A DNA stretch of 64,000 bases from Eledone cirrhosa (lineage: Eukaryota), in NCBI GenBank assembly GCA_964016885.1, contig OZ024742.1, positions 138,756,001 to 138,820,000 of the forward strand, in the 5' to 3' direction. The notes beneath the pieces were generated by a model. That model was not told the origin of the DNA. It saw only the letters and a program-made list of their open reading frames with translations, and did no database searches. The position numbers and the translations under genes were made by a program. The first letter of the stretch is position 1. Each line of letters opens with the position of its first letter. Positions 1 through 13,848 of this stretch are shown here, one piece after another.

Positions 1-1372
1 AGACCTCCAGGTGGATAATAATTGGGACGAGGTGACGGCAGGGTAGCCAGTCTCACCCAGAAATGGACTGCGGGAAAGCTATCACTGAAAGGTCGGGCGA
101 AGGTGGCAAACGCGTACATCGCGTCCGTCATCTACTACCATCTGACCGTCGTCCCTTGCCCCCGTTCGCTACTCGCCATCTTGGAGTGGCTCCTCTTCAA
201 ATTCTTGTGGAGGGGTCAGGTTCCGCTGGTGAGGCGCTCCATCTGCTGCCAGCACCCTCTACGTGGAGGGCTGGGCATGCCGTGGCTAATGATGCGCAGA
301 CACGCGCTGAGGCTGCGGTATCTCTAGATATTCTGCCTAAACGTTGAACAGGTGTGGTCGTCGTTTGTCAGACGGGCCTTTCCGCAGCTCGTTTCTTTGA
401 CTGAGCTGCAGTCCTGGGTCAAGAAGAGACCGAGACCCTCTACCAGGCAGGCGATGCTGACAGTGGAACTTCCACTCTCGTCTTCTATAGAGGATCAGTG
501 GTGGGCAAGTGCGACAACGCACTCGGAGAGGCTCTGAGCGTCGACGAAGTTGAACTAACCAGTCTGTACCGGAGGACTTTCGAGCCGGGGACGATGGATA
601 ATTTCCAAAAATCCCTTGCTTGGCAGTGCTACCGGTGAGCACTGTCGGTTCGAGATAAACTCTACAGGCACGGAAGTGCTGTCAGACGGACCTACCCGAG
701 ATGCGCGCAGAGCGACGAAACCGTCCTGCACGCACACGTCCAGTGTCCGTGCATTTCTGACTTGTGGAGTTATGTCAAACAGCTGTAGTCGCGTGCAGAA
801 CGGATCCGGCTATCGGCCGAGTCCATAGTGAAGATCGACCCACCGCCTTCTTTTGGCCAGGAAGAGCAGGAAATTTTCCTCTGTCTGGTGGCAGTTGCGA
901 AAGAGGTTGTATGGTGGACGAGATTGAAAGGACTGAAGACAGACACTTTTCTCTTCGGCCAATCCCTCATCAACTTTTTCAGGTTTCACTTGGAAAGGAA
1001 GTTGAGGGTGGAGAGAGAAGTGCTGTGCTCCCCCCCCCCCTCCCAGTACATATGCTGAAAGGTGGGTGAATGTGGCGAGAATGGCCCGTGTGAGTGGGCT
1101 TACTCTGGTCATGCGCCTGTAGGTGGATAAATTTGAGGAGGAGAGGGGTGCCCTTCCAGGGTGCTCTCGAAGCGTCGGGTCGTTCAGGATTGGTGGGGTA
1201 CCTGAGCGAACTCTGGGTGGTCATCCCCCTATTGAGGAATTTTTCTTGTATTTTTATTCTTACTTTGTTATTGTTATTCATATTGTTTACTCGATTTTTC
1301 TGTAAAACCCCACTGTCCCAGTCTTTTGTATTGCCCTCTATATGTCGGCCCTTGTGGCCAATAAATGAAATC
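1..1372 (+). mobile_element. Tx1-like non-LTR retrotransposon, decayed 3' part of ORF2 and 3' UTR
   Basis: LSLKGRAKVAN...FLWRG...GGLGMP post-RT motif; zinc-binding region (RDKLYRHG..CPRC..ET); stops and frameshifts; AATAAA then an ATT/ACT tail. Homologous to 56551-57270. Confidence 0.85.
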
Positions 1373-1485
1373 ATTATTATACTACTAAAACCACCACCAT
1401 TACTACTACTACTACTACTACATAATTTCTCTGTAGCATTTACAAAAGACAAAAAATATGACTGAAAAAAAGAAGTTTTACTTAC

Positions 1486-1634
1486 TGTGGATGCATCAAT
1501 GTCGTTGCCGCTTGCCCGGTAGGCGGCGATAGTAGTTATTGAAGTGAGGGTCGGTATGATGGGAACTATACCATTAGCGACTCCTTGTAGGACACTGATT
1601 CGTTTTAATGTTTTTCTTTCAGCTCTCCGCAATG
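1486..1634 (-). CDS. ABCC5: ABCC5-like coding exon 10 ([17 protein letters not shown]...DIDAST)
   Basis: tcacag acceptor, gtaagt donor, 149 nt, phase 1/0. Confidence 0.92.
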
Positions 1635-2255
1635 CTGTGAAAGAGAGGACATGACTATATTTGATTCTTTGTTTCGAAACACTTCTTTACATTTTCAGAA
1701 AGAAAAACAGGCAAATAATAAAATTAATTAATTAACTAATTGAATAATAAATAAATAATTGTTTCTACTTTAGGCACAAGGCCAGCAATTACCCAGTGCA
1801 TTACTGGTACTTTATTTTATCGACCCCGTAAGGATGAAAGGCAAAGTCAACCTCGGCGGGATTTGAACTCAGATCGTAAAGGGACGTAACTATGCTGGAA
1901 AGCATGGCGTCCGACCCTCTACCGATACTGCCAATCCAATGTTAGTTATATATAATATTTAGGTTGAGAGGATGAAAAGAAGCAGCATGCTTACATGTTA
2001 TTACAGACGAGAAAGCTGCTTCCCAATTGTACATCTTGATTAACTTGATGCTGTTGATAATTTCATTCATTTTTCGAACCTATCAAAAAAACATATAACA
2101 GAAAATCATTTAACGACATTTCACTGAAAGTAGGTATATAAATAAAAGAAGCATATATGTGAAAATACGTAAATCTTCAATCGGTACTCATGAGTGCATG
2201 CTTGTGAAAATGCATGTTGGTGCGAGTGCACATGTGTGTGTGTGCGTGTGAGTGA

Positions 2256-2350
<95 letters not shown>

Positions 2351-5300
2351 CGTGTGCGTGTGTGTGTGTATACGTGTGTTTTGTATGTAAACAAGAAATA
2401 CATGAGAATATCTTACTCTTTTGTCGGTTAGTGCCGTCGCTTTCTTTAAGAGTGTTGCAATGTAAGCTGATAGAAACCTCTGAAAGAACAAATATAAAAT
2501 ATAAACAAATTTGAATTAAATGACTAACTAATTACATCAAATCCATTTCAATCCAGGGCCTTCTCACATATGCTGGAGGAAGCCCTCCCTGGCTGACCTC
2601 CGATTTCTGTTTGGTTTTAGTCAGTCAGGGATGTAGCCGGCTCACCAGGCTTGGCCAATTGCGGTTTTGGGAAGGTTATTTAACCCATAGGTGGGGGAGA
2701 TGGCCGTTAACTCTTAGGAATTTCTCCATCTTTTTAACAGCTCGTGTTTTGTGTGCTGCTGGGGTACCACTTACCCTCCTCAACAGAATAGGGTCTGGTA
2801 GACACTGCCGGTATTGACGTCTAAACAAGATTAACAACACTTCACAGTGCAAAACGTAATTCAACCGTGAGTGAATCGAGCTTGATTCTCACGACGATGT
2901 TAAAATCTGTTGAATTACAATAAAATCGCTGCAAAATCTTGATGAAAATATAGTTGAAATATAGTTTAAATATAGTTGAAATAAAGAAATCTGAACGTCA
3001 TTTAGTGTACTATACAGGTGCCTTTGGTGCCCATCGATTTCGACGATGAATGTCACAGTTGTTCCAACAACGACACAGACAACTCATATAATTAAGGTGC
3101 AAATGTCTGAGTATTCCCGAGGCACGTTTACTCTAAACGTAATTTTCAAGGAGATTCTACATGAAACAATGCCTGAAAAGATTGAATTACAGGTACAACT
3201 CAGTTTGTTCCACCTGTGTAAACTGGAGCAAAGTATAATAATTGTTTCTACTTTTGGTACAAGGCCAGCAATTACCCACTACATTACTGGTACTTTATTT
3301 TATCGACCCCATAAGGATGAAAGGCAAAGCTAACCTCGGCGGGATTTGAACTCAAACCATAAAGGGCCGTAACTCTTTGCTGCAAAGCATGGCGTCCGAC
3401 CCTCTACCAATACTGCCAATTCACCGACATGATATGCCGCCGGGACTCAATCACACGCCCCTCGAACTTGAGCTAAACATTCTAACCACTAAATCACGTT
3501 CCTTCACAACCTACTATATAAACACATGAAAATAAGAAATTGTACGAGTGTAGCTCTTCATATGATCCAATTTTATAAACAACTTCTTCAGCAAAACAGT
3601 TGTGTCAACACACTGATACTGAGCAACAGCAACAGCAGTGGCAACAACAGCAGCGACAGCAAGTCAATACTACGACATCTACGTCAGCTGAGTCCACTTT
3701 ATCAGGTCAGAAGCTAGATCAACATATTGATACACATCATCATCACCATCTGCAGCAGCAGTGGCAGCCACAGCAGCAAACCCTTATTACAATGATAGTT
3801 ATATATGCACAAAAGTGTGTTAAAGCCTGTTTTTACTGGGAAATTGCCTGAAAATGCAACAATAACCAGTTAAAAAGTACGAAGCGAAAAATTAAGAAAT
3901 AACTAGAATCAGCGTCCTAGTACTAATGAATAAAGAACTGCTCCAAACAGAAAGATCAACTATGTTGAAGTATCCTTTGCAGGGATCATATAAGGCTGGA
4001 TCTCCTCATCAGAGATTAACTATGGCTAGGTCACCGCACCAGAGATCAACTATGGGTAGGTATCCGTACCAAAGGTCTGCTACCTCTAGATCATCTCAAC
4101 AAAGTTCAACAATGACAAAACCACCTAACCTAAGATCAACTATGGCGAAATCTTCTGAATGAAAATTAACGATATTCTTTAATTGTTTCAAATAAAGTGT
4201 ATTGCATTAGAAATATGACCATGAAGGCGTTAACAGCCATATTTACACAGTATATACTTGATAGTAGTGTGGTGATTTATGAACAGCTGGAAAGTAATTT
4301 AACACTTCAGTTTTATACTTATAATTTCAGCCACCGTGTATATCATGTCATGATAAGAAAATGGCCGATTTTAGAACATGTTTATAGCTTAGAGAGAAAA
4401 GTGCAGTGTCCATGAGCTTTTTCAGAATCTCCAAGTTTGTTAAGAGGAATTCGCAGAAGTATATGGCATGATTACGGCTGGATTAACTTTGGTCATAGGT
4501 TTGATGAACCAGAATGATCTGAAGCTAGCCAACAATAATATAGATGCGTAATGTTGCTGAGAAAGTAAGATATATGCTTGGTAATAGGTTGTAACGATGG
4601 CAATAAACAAGACATTATACCATCAAACTTTATTTTTAAATTTAAAATCTTGCCACCGCAAAACTAATTGCTGTCCAAAACAAGTATTGGATATTTAATC
4701 AATGAGGTATATTCCAGCATATGTTATTATAGAGATTAGTATTCTTATTTACAAATATTTACACGTATATATTTACCTGTATCTGGTAGCTAGAGAGAAA
4801 TATGGCGGCAGCAAGTAAACCCCACTCACGTATCAGGAAGATACAATAGCCAAGTGCAACAATCATAAAAAACGGAGCTGATAGAAAGTAGGGGGAGGTC
4901 AGGCAGACCATATAAAGACGATATCCATCAGCCACAAAAATATTCACTAACTGTAATATACAAAAGAAAGAAAGAAAATAATGTATGTATGCATATAAGT
5001 ATGTATGTATGTATGTATGTATGTATGTATGTATGTATGTATGTATGTATGTATGTATGATGTTGACTTGTTCTTCTTTTTGGTAAATATCATATTGGTT
5101 AAGAGAGTGGGACTGGCTTTGTGCAGTGCCTTTCCTCACTATAAAAGCTTCACGGCACAGGCATTGCTTTATATTTGGAGATCTCTCTGCACTTGTCGTC
5201 ACATGGTACCATGGGCCCAGCACTATGTGTCAGTAATTGTCACAAGTGTAGTGTTTGTACCAGAGTTTTCAAGTCGCTGGCTGGACTAAAAAGTCACACT

Positions 5301-5968
5301 CGTTCAGCGCATCAGTAGGGGTTCTCCTTCATGGATATAAAGTAGTGGCCGTACTCGAAAACGAGTTGGCAGCCACCATGTATGTACGTACGTACGTACG
5401 TACGTGTGTATGCATGCATGTATGAATGTATGTACATAAATATATATGTATATATTTATGTATATATGTATATATGTATGTAATGTATGTATATATGTAT
5501 ATATGTAATGTACATATATATGTATGTTTGTTTGTATGTATGTTTATTTAAGGTCGCTCTTCAGCGCTACTGGTAACATGTAAACTAGTAAAACTTGTGC
5601 ATGGTTGGGTTGTCGGCAAATAAACCGGCAACCCCACTAAGTGGTGACGAGGGTGATTTGCTTGGTGACGAGGGTGATTTGCTTGGTGACGAGGGTGATT
5701 TTCGACACTCTATGGGATGAAAAACATTTTCGTCCAGTTAAGAAAGTGTGACGCCAGGAATAAAACGACCAAGTGTATGTGGTCATATTCATATATATAT
5801 ATATGGCCTTGGGCGCGCCGCTGATCACTTTTGATGTCCTGTTTTAAGCGCCGAAACATCTAGGATCTGCGGTTAGCAGCTGATGAAGGATTTCTTCTCT
5901 TTTTTCGTCCATAGTGCTATCTTAAACTTTGTTTACAGTAACCACAGAGCTCGCTTCGTTTCTTGTAA

Positions 5969-6061
<93 letters not shown>

Positions 6062-6561
6062 GCAGTTTATCTTCAAGCATAGTTGTATATAGATATCTAT
6101 AGATATCTATTGGAATTGCGTATTTCAGAAGAAATACGGTATGTTTAAAATAAACATTTGGCGAGCCGTAGCTATGCCAAAACGTCACCGACTAACGCCG
6201 TCTGGCGGTGTCCAGACGAGAAAACCATATATTCTCACCTGTTTTCAAAGTTCAGCAGTTGCAAGAGTGGGAGGGATTGTGTTGATGAGAACCAGTTCAG
6301 TTCGAAATGCGCATCTACGATTGTCCCCCTTGCTTCTGCTGGACACCGCCAGACAGCGTTAGTCGCTGGTGATTTGGCATAGTTACGGCTCTCCACAAAA
6401 CACATTGCCCTAACTTGTGTATTGAAAAGAACTTGCCAGGTATAAGCCCATGGTCAGTCATGACAGAAGGGATCTCATCAATATCAATCATCTCCCTCTC
6501 CCCCACACACAAATATTACATCTCTCTCTCTCTCACATACACATATATACAGTCACACAGC

Positions 6562-6593
<32 letters not shown>

Positions 6594-7687
6594 ATATAAA
6601 TATAAATACAAATATATAGAGAGATGTGTGTGTGTGTGTGTGTGTGTGTACATATATATCATCATCATTCTGGGGGGACACTCTTTTGCAAGGAAGGCAT
6701 TTATAAACTGTATTTTCTAAATCTGAGGGCGCACCGTTATAAAGTAAGGAAGGGGGAAGTACCATTCATTTCCCCCTCTTGGGGACGGATCCGTGTGTGT
6801 TTAATGCCTATATTCTGCAACGGCAGGAGTGTGTTGTACATCTACAATATTTAAGATATAAGCAGCTCGCCTCATTGATCTTTTTACTACTTATTGCGTA
6901 TAACTGCAGCAGTGTAATCGACAATATATAAAAGAGGACCAGCTCACCTCACCCATCTGTTTACTACTTATAGTTTGTAATCGCAGTAATTTATCGTACA
7001 TCAAACCTAGGCAGCTATTTCGAACACGGTTGCCTGAAAAAGAAATAAAAAAGATATTGTTACTTTTTAAAAAAAATATTACTATAAAAGATAAATGTTT
7101 TTGGAGGGGGAAAATGACAAACGTTGGTTGAAAAACACCCCTGATATTGATGTTGGAGTTTTCAATGTATTTCTGCTCCCAAATTTGTCACCATTTAATA
7201 TTTCTTTGACAGAATATACTGAAGTGAGTTTACGTTGCCTATGTTAAATATGATGTCGCACTGTAATTTGATTACATATTAGGTAATTACATAACATTAG
7301 AGCTACTTTTAGTATCTACATACGGTATTTAATTATAATTAAACGGGCTGGGTACTACTGAAATAAAATGTCTTGGCGAGAGAAACATATTTAATATAGA
7401 AGAGCTTCTACAGGACTAGAACTTACTGATTTCTCCCGAATGAAACAGTTCTAGTTCTGTAGAAGCCTTTCTATTAAATATTTATACTCTGCTTTGTATT
7501 GAGTACCTTACTTATTGTGGTTACCCCTGATTGAACCCGGGATAAACTTATATATATCTATATCTATATATATATATACATATATACAAGCGTATTTAAA
7601 AAGGCTATACTTAGTCATTATATATATATATATACATATATATACAAATATATATATATATATATACAAATATATATATATATATAT

Positions 7688-7739
<52 letters not shown>

Positions 7740-7936
7740 CGAAGGAAAAGTGGTAAGGAACCAGGTGGACCATAACGCACCAAAGTACTCAATACTTAGG
7801 GTAGTAGAGTGGGTAATAGGAGTAAGTAAGACCCCGACGGCTGAGCTCAAGCCGTTTCGACGGCTAATTCTGTACTGTACAGTACAGAATTAGCCGTCGA
7901 AACGGCTTGAGCTCAGCCGTCGGGGTCTTACTTACT

Positions 7937-7982
<46 letters not shown>

Positions 7983-8955
7983 TAACAGATTAAAGTTTAA
8001 GCAAAGAATCGCTGCTTTCACCCTTAACGGGATCTTCTGAAACTAACCAATGGGTTTGGCTATGTGTATACGGGAGTTTTGCGTCTGTGTGAGTATGCGG
8101 GTTCGTACGTATGGTGGGTGTGTGTATACGTGTACTTCTTGTTTTAGTTGACTTACGTCTCCGAACATTCGTGTATTTATATGTAGGTATGTGTGTGCGC
8201 TTGTTATATACGTATTTATTTATTTATATACGTTTATATAATTATTTATTTATTTGTATACACGCATACACACACACACATATTTATATGTGCGTGGTTT
8301 TGTATACCTATGGTAAGGTTTTGCGTATGCTTGTGTATGTACGTATTTGTTTGCGTGTATGTATTTATTTATTTCTATTACTTCAGTATTGTATTTATTT
8401 ACTTGTTCCTAACTCTGTAGCGGAGATTTATTTGGTCTCCTAGTTAGAATTTTAGTCTACGACTTCTGCTATACCATTTACGTGGTTTTGTCTTTGCGTG
8501 CTATTGTTCTCCACGCTCCACATATGACGTATTATTTTCATTTTTTCCGTTCATTGCCAGAGAACGTCTCTATGCACCACCTAAGAGAACATTAGTCTAC
8601 GACCTCTTTTATACCATAAACGTGGTTCTGTCTTTGCGCGTAATTGTTTTTCACCGCTCCTATTTATGACGTATTATTCGTTTTTTGCCGTTCTTTGCCA
8701 GCGAACGTTTCCACGAACCAAAGTATCGTCTTCCTGTCTTCCTCCGGTTGCAACGTTTTTTGAAATATCCAGTTCTGCGTTTACAGATTGACTTTGTTAG
8801 TTTCAGAAGATCCCGTTAAGGGTGAAAGCAGCGATTCTTTGCTTAAACTTTAATCTGTTATTTTAATAAATATTTGCTCTACGGTTCTTATATATTTGAT
8901 ATATATTTATCCTTATCGAGCCCTCTTTGGATTTAGTCTTCAAATTTATTATTAT

Positions 8956-8986
<31 letters not shown>

Positions 8987-10324
8987 ATGACTAAGTATAG
9001 CCTTTTTAAATACGCTTAACCGTAACGTAATTCTCAGGGCAATTTGAAAATTCAGCGTGAAATAGTGTGTGATAAGAGAAGCCCTTCGAATTACAGGTAC
9101 AACCCATCCGACAGACATCCAAACAGTTTCTATCGTCACAATTTTACTCACAGTGTATGAGTCGACAAATGGCTATGGTAAATGACACCTGCCTAACATG
9201 CCACGCCGTGTGTACAATACCGCTACCTAACGTTTTCGAAGCGAACTTCTTTACCATTTGGCTATAATGCGTCAATACACACTTTTTTTCTCTGTTAGAC
9301 CCTTAACTCCTAACAGAGTTTTAGGAATGGTGTATTGATATACGGCGTTTCTTAGGGCATTTTAAATCTGAGTACAGCAAATATCTTAAAGAAAAGGATA
9401 GAGCGTAAGGGAATGGGACTGAGAGAGATATATAAAAGAAGAAACGAGCCTGAGTACAAGACTGGTGCTTTTTTATCGACCCCGAATGGATGTAAGGCAA
9501 TGTGGACTCGGTGGGATTTGAACTCAAATGGCAGAGAGTCGAAACGAATAACGCAAATGATTATATCCAACATTCTAACGATTATGCCAATTCGCCACCT
9601 TCCCATACACGTTATAATGTCTTTAAAACTTTAATATCTTGTTTCCTGATTAACATTTTATGTTGAAATATTTCAAAGGCGACTGTAATAAAACACTTAC
9701 CAGTAACAAAGCAAGTACACCATATAAACGAATAAGTAAAATTTCGAATAAAGTGGCACACAGTTAAAGCTGTTGCTATAATGAGTCCTGTAGTTAAAGT
9801 TTGGTCAGGCGACTCTAGATACTGAACGAACAGTTGAATAAGGAAGCTCTACAAATAAAATATAAAAATCAATAGTAAAAAAACAAAAAAAAACAATTGA
9901 AATTATGGAAGAAATTCTGAAACTTTTTTAATGAATTAGCTAACGCTTTTTAAGGCGCGTGGCATAGTGGTTAGAATATTCGGCTCACGTTCGTAAGGTC
10001 TTATGTTCGATTTCCAGCAGCACATTGTGTCCTTGAGCAAGATACTTTATTTCACGTTGCTCCAGTCCACGCAGCTGGCAAAAATAGGTTGCACCTGTAT
10101 TCTTTTATATTTGTATTTTGCTATTAATAGAGCTTTCTATAGTCAATCCTTTCGTTGTTTGTAGAATTCCATATACAATGATAGGCGGTGAAGTAGCAGA
10201 GTCTTTGGAACATTGGCGATAACTGTTCCTGGGATTCGTTCTGGATCTTTGTGATCTGAGTTAAACTCCACAGAAGTCAACTTTGCCTTTCATTTGTCCT
10301 CTATATATCTCTCTCTTTCTCTCT

Positions 10325-10360
<36 letters not shown>

Positions 10361-13046
10361 CTCTCTCTCTCTCTTTCTCTCTCTCATACACACACACACT
10401 CTCTCTCTCTCTCATACGCACACACACACACACTCTCTCTCTCATACACACACACACACTCTCTCATACACACACACACTCTCTCTGTTCTCTCTTTTCT
10501 CTCTCTCTCATACGCACACACACACACACACACACACACACTCTATCTCTCATACACACACACACTCTCCCTGGCACTTTCACTCTCTCTTCACAGGAAG
10601 AAATCGGCCGTGTTGACACAGTTGTTTTCATTTTTAGAGTTCAGTCTATTTTAACTAAGATCCTTATCAATTAAATCCAGTCTAATTTCACTAAGCCCCC
10701 TTATAAATTAAATACGTGTGAGGGGAAGAGCTCTCTGGCAGGCAAGACCCCTGACGCTTGTCCCCGCGTAATCCCAGTGAACAGAATGGAGAAAGAGTTT
10801 CCCCACGGGATGGTGAGGGAGATACTTTGTAATAACCATCCCAACTCCCGAGGCTCACCCCTATGGGTAGCCAAATCTACACCGATAGTAGTGATTTGGA
10901 ACGTGGTCCCTGGATCAAGAACGCCTGAAGTCTCCACTATTACAACTTTGACAACAACCCTATTAGAGAGCGATCTATATATCGACAGCTTGAGATCTTC
11001 GGCTTAAATGGCAGCGAAGCCTGGGTCTATCGCCGAACGCACCAGGTTGCCAATGGAGAAGGTATCACTGCATGTTTCGTTTCAGACTTGAGGTCGAGGA
11101 ATGGGAAGATCAATATGCCGTCTGGCTTTCTGCCGTTCCCTCGATCATGCCCCACTGGCGCGAGCTGAGAAGAGAACAGTGCAGCTTCCTCGTCATGCTT
11201 CATGATCTCGTTGAGAGCAGCATGGTTTGGGGAGGGGACACAGTAACGTACTGATAGAGGGTGATGAGTTTTGTTTGATTCCTGAATTTTGTTTTATGAA
11301 AATTTACGTTATAGTCACCGAATTTGAAACTAGGGAAAGACAGACGAGTGGATGGAAGTGGTATCTAACTACCTGAAGAGCAGAAGTTGTCGTAGTAGTG
11401 ACTAAATGGAGAGAAAGAGAGGGTGGGCTTAAGAGAGAAAAGGGGCGAGAGCGAGGGGGCGGATAATGATAACAGAGTGAAATAATAAGTGACTTTGATG
11501 TTTTGTTAACATTTTAACTCTCTCTTTAAAAACAATTGGCCTCAACGTGATTGCTCGACTTGCTAGAATGGGCGGCCAAGTCTCCCCCAAATCACAACGC
11601 AGTCACATGTAGGTTGACTACAATAGTATTTTGTGGACCCTGTTGAAACACATTTAAACATAAATTTACTAATTCATGTCCAACTTGGAGCTGAATAATG
11701 ATTTCTAGTATAGGCAAGAGGCCAGTAATTTAGAGGACAGGGGAAAGTCGATTAAATCGACCCAGTACGTGACTGGTGCTTTATTATATTGACCCCGTAA
11801 GGATGAATGGCAAAGTTAACCTCGGTGGGATTTGAACTCACTTTGAGCTAAATAATAACAACAAAACAAATCACTGATAAAGACTAATAAAAATGTTTCT
11901 CTTACAGCCGCAAGAAAAGACACAATTGCATTGAAGCAAATTACTATTATTGCTATTATAATCCTAGTTCGGGCAAAACGCATGATTGCTCGGATAAATG
12001 AAGCCTTTTTTGGTCCTTCCTTCGAAAGTTCCTCGTTCCAGATATTTTTCAGCCTAAAAAAGTGAAAAAAAGGAAAGTAAAGTAAAAATATCCAATTTGT
12101 TTTGAGTGCTTCCATGGCTAAATAGAACAATGTAAGTGACAACAAGCCCAGAAGGCTGAGGTTGATATGTTTGACTAATAAATAATAGGTACGCTACAGA
12201 ATATATTTACGTATTTTCAACCAACTCTGTATGTATAGACAGACTGAGACACCTTTGTGTATACAATATATTCATGGACATTGCATATAAAATATTTTCT
12301 ACCTATGAACATATTGTACATACAAACACGACAAACTATTTACATCTGTCTGTTGTGTAGTCTATGGATATATTCTATAGTACAGAGAGGCAGCCTCTAA
12401 TATAAAGTCTTAACTCAATAACTACAGAACAACATCAGATATAAAACATTTTTCTGCAGTACAGCAGAATCTAATCTTTAGAAGAAATCTGCTGTTTTCA
12501 GACCTGGTGATGCATGGGCTCCGCCAGGCTTAAAATGCCCAAGGAACGCCGTACACTACTACGGTGCCCATAAAACCCCCTCGTGATTTACGGGACCCGA
12601 GAAAGTTGTAGGTTCAGCGAAGTAGTATACATACATACATACTTTCATACATACATACATGATGGCTGCCCCCTCGTTATCGAGTATGGCCATTGCACGA
12701 TATACCATTATTAATAATTATCAATTAATTCTATCGTGCAATGCCTATGCGTGAAGATTTTTTTTTAAATGAGGAAAAACTATGCACTGAGCCAATCCCA
12801 CTCTCTGAGCGACAGTAGCTATAACCCGAAAAGAAGAAAAGATCAACATCATCGGTAACTATTGAGCCGCAGATTTTATGTCGGAGTTATCCCAGTTTCC
12901 TGAGTTGCCTTCTCCTATAAGAATGCCATGACAAATGCTAGGGGTCTTTCACTCCCAGTGGTTTAACCGCACGATCGGGTATCCAGCCCGACTATTTCTA
13001 TCTCCCCACGCATATACATACACATGCATACATGTATATACATATA

Positions 13047-13115
<69 letters not shown>

Positions 13116-13355
13116 AAAGGTTCAGGACCCCTGTTTTAGCATGGTAGGTATTTTGAAGAAACCGGAGCTTGGTGGAAAAATCGGGATATGGCGTGGTAGG
13201 GTCGGAAAGTGCTCCACTACGGAGGTAGGAGCTAGATAACGAAGGAAGTGTGGTAACAGGGTCCTGAACCTTTTCCTATTACCCACTCTACTACCTAAAG
13301 TCCCGAGTACTCTGGTTCGTTATGGTCCACCTGGTCCCTTACCACATTTCCTGCG

Positions 13356-13406
<51 letters not shown>

Positions 13407-13749
13407 TATATATATATATATATATATATACATGCGTACATGTATATACATATTTACGCATTTTTGGATGGCCGTTGACTCTTATGAGTTTTTCCGCCCT
13501 TTGTCAGGTTTTGTTTTTTGACTTGCGGGGTGTCCAAAATCACCCTCCTTACCAAATATACTTGGTGGCGTTGCCGATTTAATCCCCGACGACCCGACCA
13601 TGCGACAGGTTGTACTGGGTTACATATTACCAGTAGCACTCAAGAGTGACCCGATATAACATACATACATACATACATACATACATACATACATGATGGC
13701 TGCCCCTCGTTATCGAGTATGGCCATTGCACGAGGAGAAAGAAAAAAAA

Positions 13750-13782
<33 letters not shown>

Positions 13783-13815
13783 AATAAAAATAAAATAAAA
13801 AAAAAATAAATAAAA

Positions 13816-13848
<33 letters not shown>

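Noticed and set aside
3600-3851. Poly-Q/His ORF
   Set aside because: Degenerate CAG/CAA/CAT simple repeat in an intron with no splice or homology support.
8990-9151. [23 protein letters not shown] resembling an ABCC5 TMD1 segment
   Set aside because: It lies in a SINE body, lacks suitable splice sites, and the real exon for this segment is 6948-7033.
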